Shown here piece after piece: positions 10,365 through 20,943 of a stretch of DNA of 64,000 nt (its first letter is position 1; every line of letters starts with the position of its first letter). This DNA is from Gemmatimonadales bacterium (GTDB lineage Bacteria; Gemmatimonadota; Gemmatimonadetes; Gemmatimonadales; GWC2-71-9), in the NCBI GenBank assembly GCA_965249575.1, contig OZ252244.1:3648001-3712000 (forward strand). The letters run 5' to 3'. A model generated the notes under the pieces. The model saw only the letters and a program-made list of their open reading frames with translations. It was not told the DNA's origin and did no database searches. Both the position numbers and the translations under genes were made by a program.

Positions 10365-11236
10365 TCGAGATCACCGAGCCGGTGGGGATGAGGGATTGGT
10401 CCCGGGCCGCGCGCGCGCGCGGTCAGCGGGTCAGCTTCGTGCCAACGATGGGGTATCTGCACGAAGGCCACCTCCGATTGGTCGACCTCGCCCGGGACCA
10501 TGGCGAGGCAGTCGTGCTGAGCGTCTTCGTCAATCCCCTGCAATTCGCCGAGGGCGAGGACATCGATCGCTATCCCAGAGATCTGGACGGTGATCGTGCG
10601 GCGGCCGGGCGGCGGCGGGTTGCCCTCCTCTTCGCCCCGACTGCCGAGACGATCTATCCCACGCGGCCAATTGTGCGCGTCGTCCCGGGTGGTCTCGCCC
10701 GCCACCTGTGCGGCCCCGCGCGACCCGGGCACTTCGAGGGGGTCCTGACAGTAGTGGCAAAACTGTTCCACATTGTCGAGCCAGACATCGCCGTGTTTGG
10801 GCGAAAAGACTATCAGCAGGCGACGATGATCCGTCGCATGGCGCTTGATCTCGATATGGCCGTGGACATCATTGTCGGACCGATAGTGCGGGAGCCGGAT
10901 GGTCTGGCGCTCAGCTCACGAAATGCATACCTGGACGACCGCTCACGGCAGGCCGCAACCGTGCTCCCCCGGGGGCTCGAGGCGGTGCACCACGCGCACG
11001 GGAGCGGTGAGATCCGCGCGGGCCGGCTGCGCGAGATCGCAACGGGCGTCATGAGGGAGGAGCCCGACGTGCACGTCGAGTATCTCGAGGTCGTGAGCCC
11101 CGAGGATCTAGTGCCCCTTGAAGTGGCAGCGGCGGATTCCATCGTCGCCGTCGCGGCGCACGTAGGTGGGGCGCGCCTCATCGACAACATCGTTCTCGGG
11201 GAGGGGTTGCAGGGGGACCTTCGAATTGCCGGTTGA
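10361..11236 (+). CDS. panC: pantoate-beta-alanine ligase
   Basis: VPTMGYLHEGH, SVFVNPLQF, RPGHFEGV, FGRKDYQQ, DGLALSSRN, RLIDN. Confidence 0.97.
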   Translation: MIEITEPVGMRDWSRAARARGQRVSFVPTMGYLHEGHLRLVDLARDHGEAVVLSVFVNPLQFAEGEDIDRYPRDLDGDRAAAGRRRVALLFAPTAETIYPTRPIVRVVPGGLARHLCGPARPGHFEGVLTVVAKLFHIVEPDIAVFGRKDYQQATMIRRMALDLDMAVDIIVGPIVREPDGLALSSRNAYLDDRSRQAATVLPRGLEAVHHAHGSGEIRAGRLREIATGVMREEPDVHVEYLEVVSPEDLVPLEVAAADSIVAVAAHVGGARLIDNIVLGEGLQGDLRIAG

Positions 11237-11795
11237 CGAACCTGCCCGTGGTAGTTCGCCGGTGAATGACGTGCCGTCGTGGGCCGTGGTCTCGACGGCG
11301 CGCCGGGAGCACGTCGGTCGTGTGGTCGAGCTGCTGGCATCTTGGGCGGAGCACATGGGCAAGCCGGCGGCCGAACGCGGGCGATGGATCCGTGCCGGAT
11401 ACCTGCACGATGCTCTGCGGGATGCCGATTCGGCGAGGGTAGCGCAGCTTGCCGGGACCGACTGGACCGTGCCGAGCGTTCGCCACGGTCCGGCGGCGGC
11501 GACGCTGGCCGCCGAGCACGGCGAGGCGGACCCCGGGGTGCTGAACGCCGTGCGCTACCACTCCGTCGGGTTTGCTGACTGGGATGCTGTTGGGCGCATG
11601 CTCTACCTGGCCGACTATTTGGAACCCGGACGCACGTTCTCGGGCGACGCGCGCCTGGGACTCTCAGAGCGAGTCCCGCACGACCCCGACGCGGTGCTGC
11701 GCGAGGTTGCCATGGATAGGATCGCCTGGGGGCTCAGGTCGGGATGGTCGCTACACGCGGAGACGGTACGATTCTGGAACGCCCTCGTTCATTGA
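11226..11795 (+). CDS. HD-domain hydrolase (YqeK-like)
   Basis: REH..YLHDALR..HGPAAA..AVRYHSVG..LYLADYLEPGR; start uncertain (11226 or 11262). Confidence 0.8.
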   Translation: MPVDEPARGSSPVNDVPSWAVVSTARREHVGRVVELLASWAEHMGKPAAERGRWIRAGYLHDALRDADSARVAQLAGTDWTVPSVRHGPAAATLAAEHGEADPGVLNAVRYHSVGFADWDAVGRMLYLADYLEPGRTFSGDARLGLSERVPHDPDAVLREVAMDRIAWGLRSGWSLHAETVRFWNALVH

Positions 11796-12199
11796 GAATC
11801 GCGCTCGCGATCGTGGTTGGCGTGCTATTGACGGGCGCGGCCTGGATGATGGCCGGGGGGGAAGGCGGGGACGACCGGCGCGACTTACCCGTGCCCGGTC
11901 GCGAAACGAGGATCACCGTCGAGGTCCTGAACGTGGCGCGCGTAAACGGTCTCGCTCGTGCGGTCACCCGGCGCCTGCGGCGGGATGGAATCGACGTAGT
12001 GTCGTACGGCTCCGCGGGAGATTCGATTCTCGACTCAACGGTCATTGTGATTCGCCGTGGTGATTCCACGGCGGCGCTGCGTGTTCGGGACGCGCTGGGC
12101 TTCGGGCGAGTGATGGTCGATGTCGAGCCCCGGTTGCTTCTCGATGTCAGCGTGCTCGTCGGGATGGACGCGGCGGGAGGTTCCGGTCGCGACGAGTAG
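11792..12199 (+). CDS. LytR C-terminal domain membrane protein
   Basis: N-terminal TM helix then VEVLN..NGLA..LRRDG.DVV..DVSVLVG.D; TTGA overlap with the upstream stop. Confidence 0.75.
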   Translation: MRIALAIVVGVLLTGAAWMMAGGEGGDDRRDLPVPGRETRITVEVLNVARVNGLARAVTRRLRRDGIDVVSYGSAGDSILDSTVIVIRRGDSTAALRVRDALGFGRVMVDVEPRLLLDVSVLVGMDAAGGSGRDE

Positions 12200-13198
12200 C
12201 TGACCGCATGCGGCGTCGATATCTACCCCCCGGCTCCGCCGGATCGTGGCTCTCACGCCATGGTGTCGCAAACGGCGCGCAAACCCTCGCATGGCGGCGG
12301 GCGGAGTCGGACGCAGTGACGGACTCCCACCTGGGTGCAGGGGTAGGAGGTTCACCAAGGCGTTAAGGGGGTTCGCAATCGCCGCGAGCGCGTCCGCATC
12401 TTCCAGGGTGTCGTTGGCTTCGTGAATCAGGACGTACTCGAAGGTCACGCGCCTGCGGAACGCGCGGAGCGCGCTCAGCACATCCGCGAGAGCGTACTTA
12501 TGCTCGATGGGGATCAACGGGCGCCGTCGGTCGCTGGTGGGTGCATGCAGCGAAAGCGCTAGGCGGAACTGTTCGGGCCGGGCAGCGAGTTTTGCGAGGG
12601 CCGGAATGATTCCCACCGTGCTGACGGTAATATGGCGCGCGCCAATTCCCAGGCCCTGGGCACCATTCAAGATCGTGAGCGCCACGTCCACCGCAGGCCA
12701 GTTATGGAGTGGCTCACCCATCCCCATGAAGACCACGTTGGTTGGTCGACCGATCTCGGGGTCGAGTGCCAGCTCCCGCACCTGCGCTGCGATCTCCCAC
12801 GGAGCGAGGTGTCGCTGGAATCCCATCCGCCCGGTTGCGCAGAAGGTACATCCGAACGCGCAGCCGACCTGCGAAGACACGCAGAGCGTTCGGCGTGCCC
12901 CTTCGGGAATGAGAACCGATTCGATTGCGGCACCGTCCGCCAGTCCCCAGAGGAACTTCATGGTTCCGTCGCGTGAGGTCTGGCGGGTCACGAGGCGCAA
13001 CCTCGCGAGCGGAAACTGTCGCTCGAGTTCAGTGCGGAGCGCTTGCGGCAGATCGGTCAATTCCGACCAAACGGCAACCGGACGTCGCCAGAGGCGGGGG
13101 ACGATTTGGCGCACGCGATAGCCTGGTAGCTCGCGCTCGCGGGCCCACGCGGCGAGCACGTCTCGAGCCTGGTTCGGCGGAACGTCGAGGAGGTTCAC
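12035..13198 (-). CDS. rlmN: 23S rRNA m2A2503/tRNA methyltransferase (radical SAM)
   Basis: CVSSQVGCAFGCTFCATG, FMGMGEP, SLHAP, DIDAACGQL. Confidence 0.95.
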   Translation of the reverse strand: MNLLDVPPNQARDVLAAWARERELPGYRVRQIVPRLWRRPVAVWSELTDLPQALRTELERQFPLARLRLVTRQTSRDGTMKFLWGLADGAAIESVLIPEGARRTLCVSSQVGCAFGCTFCATGRMGFQRHLAPWEIAAQVRELALDPEIGRPTNVVFMGMGEPLHNWPAVDVALTILNGAQGLGIGARHITVSTVGIIPALAKLAARPEQFRLALSLHAPTSDRRRPLIPIEHKYALADVLSALRAFRRRVTFEYVLIHEANDTLEDADALAAIANPLNALVNLLPLHPGGSPSLRPTPPAAMRGFARRLRHHGVRATIRRSRGVDIDAACGQLLVATGTSRRVHPDEHADIEKQPGLDIDHHSPEAQRVPNTQRRRGITTANHNDR

Positions 13199-14124
13199 CG
13201 AGAGAGGTCGAGCTCGAGGCCTACGCGGAACGTACCCCCCACATGGTTTGCGCCGCCGCCCCGCGCGGCAGAGATCGCGTATCGCCCCAGCCGCAACGAG
13301 ACCTCAACAGCAGGGCGCCACACCGTGCTGGCGTAGTCCGCCTCACGGTGGTAGGTGGCATCGATGTGGAGGCGGTCTTCGAGCGAGAGCCCAGCCCCGA
13401 AAGCGTGATCGAGGCCACCCCGGTCCCGGGCGGTGGTGCCGTACCTCCCAGTAACGGACGAGCGTCGACCCCATAGAGACGGGGTCCAGAGGACGTATTC
13501 CAGAGCAGCGAGGTAGGATGTGGATTCCCGAGACTGTACATCGACGGGAAGAAAATGCGTTGCCGCCGCTACCGTGAGACGGGGCGTGATCTCGAATGAC
13601 ACACCGATGTCCGCAGTCACCCCGCCCTCGCGGAACTGATCGAATCGCGCGTCGTGACCGCGGATCATCACGGCGCTCTTGACGCGTCCAAGGCCGGCCG
13701 CGAGGGTGGCGCCGCCCACCTGCTCATATACTGGGATCGTCCCGAGCTGCGCGACCGGGGAGGTCCCCGTGCGGACGAGGTCCCTGATCTGCAGGCGGCC
13801 GAGGATGATTCCGACCTCGAGATGCCTTCCGAGCGTCCGCGTAACGCCAACGAGGAGCCCGCTCAGCCGTACCGCGTCCGAGGTCTCGAAGACCTGAATC
13901 CCGACATTCAAGCCGCGTCCGCCGGCTCGGGCGGCCGGGTTCCAAAACCTCGCCGTCGCCCCGCTTTCGAGGGGAGCGGGCCTGGCGAGTGTGGGGGCCG
14001 GCACCCGCCACATGTCGGCCGCGACCGGCGCCTGCGCACCCATTATGACAGGCCAAACGGCGAGAAGAGCGGATAGTGAAGGGCTCACGACGCGAAGGTT
14101 CACCGGGGCGAGGAGGAGTGTCAA
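13195..14124 (-). CDS. hypothetical exported protein, possible outer-membrane beta-barrel
   Basis: Signal-like N-terminus, many amphipathic beta-strand-like segments, GTGA overlap with rlmN. Confidence 0.55.
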   Translation of the reverse strand: MTLLLAPVNLRVVSPSLSALLAVWPVIMGAQAPVAADMWRVPAPTLARPAPLESGATARFWNPAARAGGRGLNVGIQVFETSDAVRLSGLLVGVTRTLGRHLEVGIILGRLQIRDLVRTGTSPVAQLGTIPVYEQVGGATLAAGLGRVKSAVMIRGHDARFDQFREGGVTADIGVSFEITPRLTVAAATHFLPVDVQSRESTSYLAALEYVLWTPSLWGRRSSVTGRYGTTARDRGGLDHAFGAGLSLEDRLHIDATYHREADYASTVWRPAVEVSLRLGRYAISAARGGGANHVGGTFRVGLELDLSR

Positions 14125-14399
14125 GGTGGCGCTTGCTGGGTCTCGGATGGGCCATTATGTTGAAGCCGTGTTGGCACTTGGAACGTCCCGCGCGGCGCCG
14201 CTGCGGCGTCGTGGTGGCCCCGCTGGCGCCAGCCTCGCGTTGCGCCCCCGCGCGTCCGGCATTGTCGTCGGGCTCACGGCGGGATCCGGCACATCCCCTG
14301 GTGAAGCCCCCTCGCTCCTGGCGCCTGTTGTGGGGTTTGAGGCTCGTAGACGCCCGCTTGCAGTCGTGCGAAACCGAGGCCGCGTAGTCTGAGGGGCCG

Positions 14400-16166
14400 A
14401 TGACCGCGACCGCGATGCGGACGCACAACTGCGGGGCTCTTCGCGCGAACCACATCGGCCAGGAGGTTCGGATCGCCGGGTGGATTCACCGGCGCCGCGA
14501 CCTCGGTGGCATCGTCTTCTACGACGTCCGGGATCGAGAGGGACTCGTACAGGTAGCCTTCGGACCGGACTGGTCTCCGGCGGAAGTCATCGAGCTGGCG
14601 TCCGGGGCGACCGCCGAATGCGTCGTCCTTATCGCTGGACGGGTAGCAGCCAGGCCCGAAGGTGCCCGCAATCCAGACGTATCTACCGGAGACGTTGAGG
14701 TCCGTGCGACTGAGCTCCACGTGCACGCGCACGTTCCCCCTCCCGCGATTCCGGTTTGGCGGGCGAAGGGCGAGCCGCCGCCGTCCGAGGAACTCCGCCT
14801 GCAGCACCGCCACCTGGATCTCCGCCGGCCGGAGTTGCAGCGCAATCTCGGCTTGCGGCACCGGCTACTGCAGCGGGCTCGCCGCACGCTGAGCGATCTC
14901 GGATTCCTGGAAATCGAGACGCCGATTCTTACGAAGCCGACCCCGGAGGGCGCGCGGGACTTTCTGGTGCCGTCAAGGGTGCACCCCGGGCAGTTCTATG
15001 CTCTTCCACAGTCACCGCAGCTGTACAAGCAGTTGCTCATGGTCGCCGGATTTGACCGCTACTTCCAGCTCGCCCGATGCTTTCGTGACGAGGATTTGCG
15101 TGCGGACCGGCAGCCCGAGTTCACGCAGATTGACATCGAGGCCTCCTTCGTCAGTGCGGAGGATGTCCGCTCAATCGTGGAGGCGGTGCTGGTCGCGCTG
15201 TGGGAGGAGGGTGGCCACAGCGTCGCCTCGCCGTTTCCGCGAATGACGTATCACGATGCGATGGAACGGTACGGCACCGACAAACCTGATTTGCGCTTCA
15301 AACTGTCGATCGACGACCTTGTCGGGCAGCTCGCCGGCCGCGGGTTTCGGGTTTTCGATAACGAGATCGCCAAAGGTGGGCGCGTGCGGGGTATATACGC
15401 GCCCGGGGGTGCGGTGTTGTCTCGGCGAGAGGTCGACGAGTTTACAGGAATCGTCAAGGATGCCGGGCTGGGCGGGCTCGCGGTGGCAAAACGCAACGGC
15501 GACACGCTTTCCGGTCCGCTCTCGAAGATCGAAGGAGTGACGATCGAAACGCTCGCGATGAAGGACGGCGATCTGCTGCTCGCGGTGGCGGGACGAGATC
15601 AAGTGACGTCACCGGCACTGGACCGGGTGCGCTCGTCGCTCATCTCGCGGCTCGGTATCGAGCCGACCGCAGCGCATGCCTTCACGTGGGTGGACGAGTT
15701 TCCGCTGTTCGAGCAGGAGGCGAACACGGGCGCATGGGCGTTCCTGCATCACCCCTTCACCGCACCCCACGCCGATGACGTCCCGCGACTGATGGAGCGA
15801 CAGCGTGAAGGCCTGCGAGCACTTCACTATGATGCCGTGTACAACGGGCATGAGCTCGGGAGCGGTTCGATTCGAATCACGGATCCGCTGGTGCAACAAC
15901 AGATCTTTGACCTGCTGGGTATCAAACCCGATGAGGTCGAGCGACGTTTCGGGTTTCTGCTTCGCGCCCTGCGGGACGGCGCGCCGCCGCACGGTGGGTT
16001 TGCCATCGGGTTCGATCGGGTTGCGATGCTGCTCGCCGGCGCTACGAGCCTCCGAGAGGTGATTGCCTTCCCGAAAACCACCGCGGCGCGAGCGCTGTTC
16101 GAGGACGCCCCGACATCCGTGGACCCGGACGAGCTCGCTTCGCTCCATATCGGGCCACGAGCGTGA
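14400..16166 (+). CDS. aspS: aspartate--tRNA ligase
   Basis: MRTHNCG, RRDLGG, PEGARDF, LPQSPQLYKQ, FRDEDLRADRQPEFTQ, PPHGGFAIGFDR. Confidence 0.98.
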   Translation: MTATAMRTHNCGALRANHIGQEVRIAGWIHRRRDLGGIVFYDVRDREGLVQVAFGPDWSPAEVIELASGATAECVVLIAGRVAARPEGARNPDVSTGDVEVRATELHVHAHVPPPAIPVWRAKGEPPPSEELRLQHRHLDLRRPELQRNLGLRHRLLQRARRTLSDLGFLEIETPILTKPTPEGARDFLVPSRVHPGQFYALPQSPQLYKQLLMVAGFDRYFQLARCFRDEDLRADRQPEFTQIDIEASFVSAEDVRSIVEAVLVALWEEGGHSVASPFPRMTYHDAMERYGTDKPDLRFKLSIDDLVGQLAGRGFRVFDNEIAKGGRVRGIYAPGGAVLSRREVDEFTGIVKDAGLGGLAVAKRNGDTLSGPLSKIEGVTIETLAMKDGDLLLAVAGRDQVTSPALDRVRSSLISRLGIEPTAAHAFTWVDEFPLFEQEANTGAWAFLHHPFTAPHADDVPRLMERQREGLRALHYDAVYNGHELGSGSIRITDPLVQQQIFDLLGIKPDEVERRFGFLLRALRDGAPPHGGFAIGFDRVAMLLAGATSLREVIAFPKTTAARALFEDAPTSVDPDELASLHIGPRA

Positions 16167-17116
16167 GCGACGCCGTCGTCCACCGGCTCTCTGTGGAGGG
16201 AGCGGACCCTCTTACGCTAGCTGGCGTGAATGATGGGAACCTCGTCGAGCTGGAGCGGACGACGGGGGTGCGGGTGGCGCTGCGCGGCGACCAGGTCACG
16301 CTTGCGGGAGCCCTAGAAGCGGTAGAGCGGGCGACGAGGGTCGCCGCGACCATGATCGACGCCGCCCGGATGGGTGAATCGCTCACGATTGACGATGTCC
16401 GGCGTTTCGCGAGCGAGCACGTCGACGCTCATGAGCTTCGCACGAACGCCGAGCAGCGAATTGCCCTCCCGGGAATGCGCCGGGTCATCCAACCAAAGAC
16501 ACCCGGACAACGGGAGTATCTCGCCGCGATCCGAGAGCATGAAATCGTCGTGGGCATCGGGCCAGCCGGCACCGGCAAGACCTATCTCGCGGTGGCGGTG
16601 GGAGTCGAGGCGCTGGCGCGAAAACGGGTCCGGCGTCTCGTCCTCGCGCGCCCCGCGGTCGAGGCTGGCGAGCGGCTTGGCTTTCTTCCGGGAGACCTGC
16701 AAGCCAAGGTGGATCCCTACCTCCGTCCCCTATACGACGCGCTCGAGGACATGATGCCGGCGGACCGGTTCCAGCGCGCGCTGGAGACGCGTACCATCGA
16801 GATCGCCCCGCTGGGCTACATGCGCGGCCGCACGCTCACCGATGCGTTCGTGATTCTCGATGAAGCCCAAAACGTGACTGGTGGGCAGATGAAGATGTTC
16901 CTCACGCGTTTGGGTGTGAATTCGCGCGCCGTCGTGATCGGCGACAAAACGCAGATCGACCTGCCCACGCGCGAGGAATCTGGGCTGATACACGTCGAGC
17001 GGATTCTCCCGGGGATCGCCGGCGTGGCTTTTCGGTATCTGGAAGAGAAGGACGTCGTACGCCACCGGCTCGTTCGTGATATCATTCGTGCATACGCCAA
17101 GGGCGAGGGTCGGTGA
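16163..17116 (+). CDS. phoH: PhoH-family ATPase
   Basis: GPAGTGKT, LGFLPGD, YMRGRT, DEAQN, VVRHRLV. Confidence 0.93.
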   Translation: MSDAVVHRLSVEGADPLTLAGVNDGNLVELERTTGVRVALRGDQVTLAGALEAVERATRVAATMIDAARMGESLTIDDVRRFASEHVDAHELRTNAEQRIALPGMRRVIQPKTPGQREYLAAIREHEIVVGIGPAGTGKTYLAVAVGVEALARKRVRRLVLARPAVEAGERLGFLPGDLQAKVDPYLRPLYDALEDMMPADRFQRALETRTIEIAPLGYMRGRTLTDAFVILDEAQNVTGGQMKMFLTRLGVNSRAVVIGDKTQIDLPTREESGLIHVERILPGIAGVAFRYLEEKDVVRHRLVRDIIRAYAKGEGR

Positions 17117-19332
17117 ACGACGTTCGGCTGGACACGTTGACGTTCGAGCCAGACGCTAGCCGTCTGCCGCGCTCCATCGCATTTCACGCCGCCCGGTGGG
17201 CGCCGGTTCTGGGGCTGGCCCTCCTCACGTATCTCCTCTACCCGTTGTCCCGCGGGTTCGACGCTCCAATGCTCGACGTTGGCGAAGTGGCGCCCACAGA
17301 GGTCCTGGCACCCTTCGAGTTCGTCGTGAGAAAATCCGCTGCCGAGATGGCGCGCGAGGGTGAGGCGCTCGCCGGAACGGTGCGCCCCATCTACGAGTAT
17401 CGTGGCGGCATCATCGACTCCAGCAACGCGCGAGTCGACTCCCTGTTCACCGCCCTCGATAGCGTTACCAGCCCGCAGGGGCGCGCCGAGGTCGCGTTGG
17501 GTTTTGGTGTGCGGTTGACATCGGAGGAAGCCGAGCACCTGCAGAGTCGCCGTCGTCGGAGGGCTTTTCGCACGAGTCTTGAGCGACTGCTCGGTCGCAC
17601 ATTAACGCTTGGCGTTCCGGCAGGGGGCACCGTCGAAACCGAGCTGAGCCGTGAGATCGTGGTCCGCCGAGCCGGCCGGGAACGGGTGGTGCGTCGGGAC
17701 TCGGTGCTGAGTTACGGCAGGTTTCTCGAGCGGCGAGCCGACGAACACCCCGAACCCAACTCGTCGTTAGGCGATCAGATCTTTCTCAAGATGATCAACG
17801 CATTCTTCCGGCCGGCTCTCATTCCCAACGGAGCCGAAACCGAGGCATTGCGCGCACAGCTGCGAGCAAGCGTCGATTCCGTCAAGGACGTCGTACGGCA
17901 GAACGAGCGGATCATCAACGCGCACGAAGTCGTGACGCCGGAAGCGCGAGATCGACTCGTCGCGCTCAGGGCGGACCTTCTGCGCCAAGGCGCGGGGGAG
18001 TCCATCAGCCTGCGGGGTGGGGCCGGCCAGGTCGTTCAAAACGCGCTCATCATATCGATTTTCTGGCTCTTGCTGACCCTGTACCGACGGGAGACCTATC
18101 GGCAGCTGCGACAGGTTCTGGTGTTGGCGCTGCTGTTCGGTCTCGTCGTGGTCGGCGCAGCCGTCAACTATCGGTTTATCAACGCGGGGCCGGAGCTGAT
18201 TCCTATCCCCTTCGCCACGATGTTGATCACTGTATTGCTGTCCGGCCGGGTCTCGATGGTCGCGGCCGCGGTCCTGGCGGTCCTGCTCGGCACGCAAGTG
18301 GCGTATGGCGGACCCGGTGGCCTGTATCTCCCACTACTGGGGGGTGTGGGTGGCGCATTGAGCGTTCGCGCAATCCGCAGCCGAACGCAGGTCTTGACCT
18401 CCGGGGCGATCGTGACGGGGGCGTTCATCCTCGCGTCGACGACACTCGCGCTGCGTCTGGGGTGGTCGTTTCCGGAGCTCGGGTCGAGCATTATGAGCGG
18501 CGCGGCGAACGCGGTGGTATCCGCGGCCTTCGTGACGTTCGCGCTCCCCATCTTCGAGTCGCTCGCGGGCGTAACAACGGACATGACCCTGCTCGAGCTG
18601 TCCGACCCGAGCAGGCCCCTCCTCAGGAAGCTCGCGACAGAGGCGCCCGGGACGTATGCACACAGTATCGCCATGGCCAACCTGTGTGAGGCGGCCTGCA
18701 ACGCCGTTGGCGCCAACGGACTGCTCGCACGGGTCGGCTGTTACTATCACGACATCGGGAAGCTCAAGAAGCCACAGTTTTTCGTCGAGAACCAAGCGCC
18801 CGGAGTCAATCCACACGACAAGCTCAAGCCGGACGTCTCGGCCGGAATCATCCGAAATCACATTCGCGATGGCCTTGCACTAGCGGAGGAGCACCGTCTC
18901 CCAGACGTCATCAAGGCGTTCATTCCCGAACATCACGGGACCGCCGAGATCACATACTTCTTGGAACGCGCCAGGAGCCGCGGCAGCGAGACGGAGACAT
19001 CGCCGGAACATTACCGTTACCCAGGGCCCAGACCGCAGTCGGTCGAGACCGCCGTGGCGCTGCTGGCGGACGGTGTCGAGGCGGGGCTGAGGGTGCTGGA
19101 CGAGCCGACACCCCAGAAGATCGCCGCGGCGATCGACCACATTGTCCGTCAACGCATTACGGCCGGGCAGCTCGAGGAGGCACCCCTCACCCTGGCTCAG
19201 CTCAATCGGGTGAAAGCGGAGTTCGTTCGGGTACTGACTGGGATGCATCACAACCGGATTGACTATCCCAAGGCGAGTGGCGGCATCACGGCAGGGTGGC
19301 AGGGCGGCGTCACCGGCGTGAGAGCGAGGTGA
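17113..19332 (+). CDS. 7TM-HD (HDIG) membrane phosphohydrolase, PgpH-like
   Basis: Large extracellular domain, ~7 TM helices, APGTYAHS, YYHDIGK, EHHGT, LADGVEA; lies between phoH and ybeY. Confidence 0.88.
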   Translation: MNDVRLDTLTFEPDASRLPRSIAFHAARWAPVLGLALLTYLLYPLSRGFDAPMLDVGEVAPTEVLAPFEFVVRKSAAEMAREGEALAGTVRPIYEYRGGIIDSSNARVDSLFTALDSVTSPQGRAEVALGFGVRLTSEEAEHLQSRRRRRAFRTSLERLLGRTLTLGVPAGGTVETELSREIVVRRAGRERVVRRDSVLSYGRFLERRADEHPEPNSSLGDQIFLKMINAFFRPALIPNGAETEALRAQLRASVDSVKDVVRQNERIINAHEVVTPEARDRLVALRADLLRQGAGESISLRGGAGQVVQNALIISIFWLLLTLYRRETYRQLRQVLVLALLFGLVVVGAAVNYRFINAGPELIPIPFATMLITVLLSGRVSMVAAAVLAVLLGTQVAYGGPGGLYLPLLGGVGGALSVRAIRSRTQVLTSGAIVTGAFILASTTLALRLGWSFPELGSSIMSGAANAVVSAAFVTFALPIFESLAGVTTDMTLLELSDPSRPLLRKLATEAPGTYAHSIAMANLCEAACNAVGANGLLARVGCYYHDIGKLKKPQFFVENQAPGVNPHDKLKPDVSAGIIRNHIRDGLALAEEHRLPDVIKAFIPEHHGTAEITYFLERARSRGSETETSPEHYRYPGPRPQSVETAVALLADGVEAGLRVLDEPTPQKIAAAIDHIVRQRITAGQLEEAPLTLAQLNRVKAEFVRVLTGMHHNRIDYPKASGGITAGWQGGVTGVRAR

Positions 19333-19748
19333 CGGTGGCCGGCGCCAGCGATGACCTAGCGGTGACCGACGTTCGGGAAGTCGTCGGGGCCGTTCTGTCC
19401 TGGGAAGACGCCGAATCGACGGATCTGAGTGTGACCTTTCTCTCCGCCGAGCGCATGCGCGCGCTGAATCGCCGCGCGCGTGGGGCTGATCGGACGACCG
19501 ATGTAATTGCCTATCGCCTGCCGCACCCGGGGTCCGTGGTGGGCGATGTATACGTGTGCCCGGCCGTGGCTCGGCGCTCAGCGCGGGCGGCCGGCATCGA
19601 GGCTCGCGAGGAACTCGTTCGCCTCGTGGTACACGGAACGCTGCACGTACTCGGGTGGGAGCACGCGGACGACGAGACGCGCGTCCAATCGGAGATGTGG
19701 CTGAGGCAGGAGCGATACGTGCAGCGCCTGGTCCCACCGAACTGGTAG
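19329..19748 (+). CDS. ybeY: rRNA maturation endoribonuclease
   Basis: TDVIAY, GDVYVC, HGTLHVLGWEH (HxxxHxxxxxH). Confidence 0.92.
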   Translation: MTVAGASDDLAVTDVREVVGAVLSWEDAESTDLSVTFLSAERMRALNRRARGADRTTDVIAYRLPHPGSVVGDVYVCPAVARRSARAAGIEAREELVRLVVHGTLHVLGWEHADDETRVQSEMWLRQERYVQRLVPPNW

Positions 19749-19758
19749 CCGGGCGTCG

Positions 19759-20943
19759 ATGACGGGGGTATTGCTGGGGGCCGGACTGGCCTGCGCTTTG
19801 TGGGCGGGGCTACTGGCGTTAGCTGAGGAGTCACCTCGGATTTCGAGGGCCATCGGACTGCCGCCCGGAGCTAAGGGGGAAGCCGTGCCGGTGCACCGAG
19901 CCCTGTTCGTGAGTCGGCTCGTTCTCGTTCTGCTCGCTGGAGCGTTGACGGCGGCCGCCCTGAGGTGGTGGGACCGTCCGGTCATTACGGGCTTCGGGGT
20001 AGCCCTCCTCTCGGCCGTTGTATTGTACCTGGTGGCCGATGCCGTGCCGCGGGGGGCCGCGGGGCTCGCGCCGAAGCTCTCGGATTCTGCGGTCGGTCTC
20101 GCGAAAGCGAGCTTGATAGCCTTCAAACCGTTGCTCGGCATCGTGAACGCCGCGGATCGGATCACCCACTCGATCATACCCACCCCCGCGTCGTCGGGCG
20201 CCCTGCGCCCCGGCCAGCGGGACATGCTGCTCGGCGTCTTTTCGCTTGGAGACACGACCGTCGGGGACATCATGACCCCCCGTCTCGACGTTGCGGCCAT
20301 CGACGCCGACGCGCCGTGGTCGGAGGTGGTCGATTTGCTACGGCGATCGGAACATGCTCGGATCCCAGTGTACGAGGGCAATCTGGACGACGTCGCAGGC
20401 ATTCTCCACGCCAAGGATCTCGTCCCCTCCATCAGTGGCGTGCGAAAGGTGCCCGAGCGCTGGCAGGATCTGGCGCGTCCGGCGCAGTTCGTCCCCGAGT
20501 CCAAGACGAACGCGGCGCAACTCCGCGATTTTCAACGCGGGCCGTCACACTTGGCGATCGTCGTGGATGAGTTTGGAGGGACGTCCGGATTGATCACCCT
20601 CGAGGACGTCCTGGAGGAGATCGTCGGAGAGATTCACGACGAATACGATGCGGATGAAGAGCCCGCCGTCGAGCGCGAAGGTGACGATCGGTTCTGGGTC
20701 GACGGGAGCCTGCCGCTGGACGAGTTGGGGGGGGTGCTGGACGCGCAGCTTGAGCGGGACGAGGTGAGCACGGTCGGCGGCCTCATCTACTCGGAGCTGG
20801 GACGGGTCCCGCGGCCGGGTGAAGAGCTGCGGATCGGGGACTTTCGCGTGGTGTTGGAGCAGGTGGTGCGTCGACGCATTCGCCGAGTGTACTTCGAGCG
20901 GATTCATGCATCGGCGGACACCCAGGTCTCGGAGACGGAATGA
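19759..20943 (+). CDS. CorC/HlyC-family CBS-domain membrane protein
   Basis: TM N-terminus, IMTPR, HARIPVY, VVDEFGGTSGLITLEDVLEEIVGEIHDE, C-terminal CorC domain. Confidence 0.88.
   Translation: MTGVLLGAGLACALWAGLLALAEESPRISRAIGLPPGAKGEAVPVHRALFVSRLVLVLLAGALTAAALRWWDRPVITGFGVALLSAVVLYLVADAVPRGAAGLAPKLSDSAVGLAKASLIAFKPLLGIVNAADRITHSIIPTPASSGALRPGQRDMLLGVFSLGDTTVGDIMTPRLDVAAIDADAPWSEVVDLLRRSEHARIPVYEGNLDDVAGILHAKDLVPSISGVRKVPERWQDLARPAQFVPESKTNAAQLRDFQRGPSHLAIVVDEFGGTSGLITLEDVLEEIVGEIHDEYDADEEPAVEREGDDRFWVDGSLPLDELGGVLDAQLERDEVSTVGGLIYSELGRVPRPGEELRIGDFRVVLEQVVRRRIRRVYFERIHASADTQVSETE

Noticed and set aside
14125..14399. Riboswitch, T-box or small ORF upstream of aspS
   Set aside because: No recognisable consensus or terminator; candidate ORFs are low-complexity.
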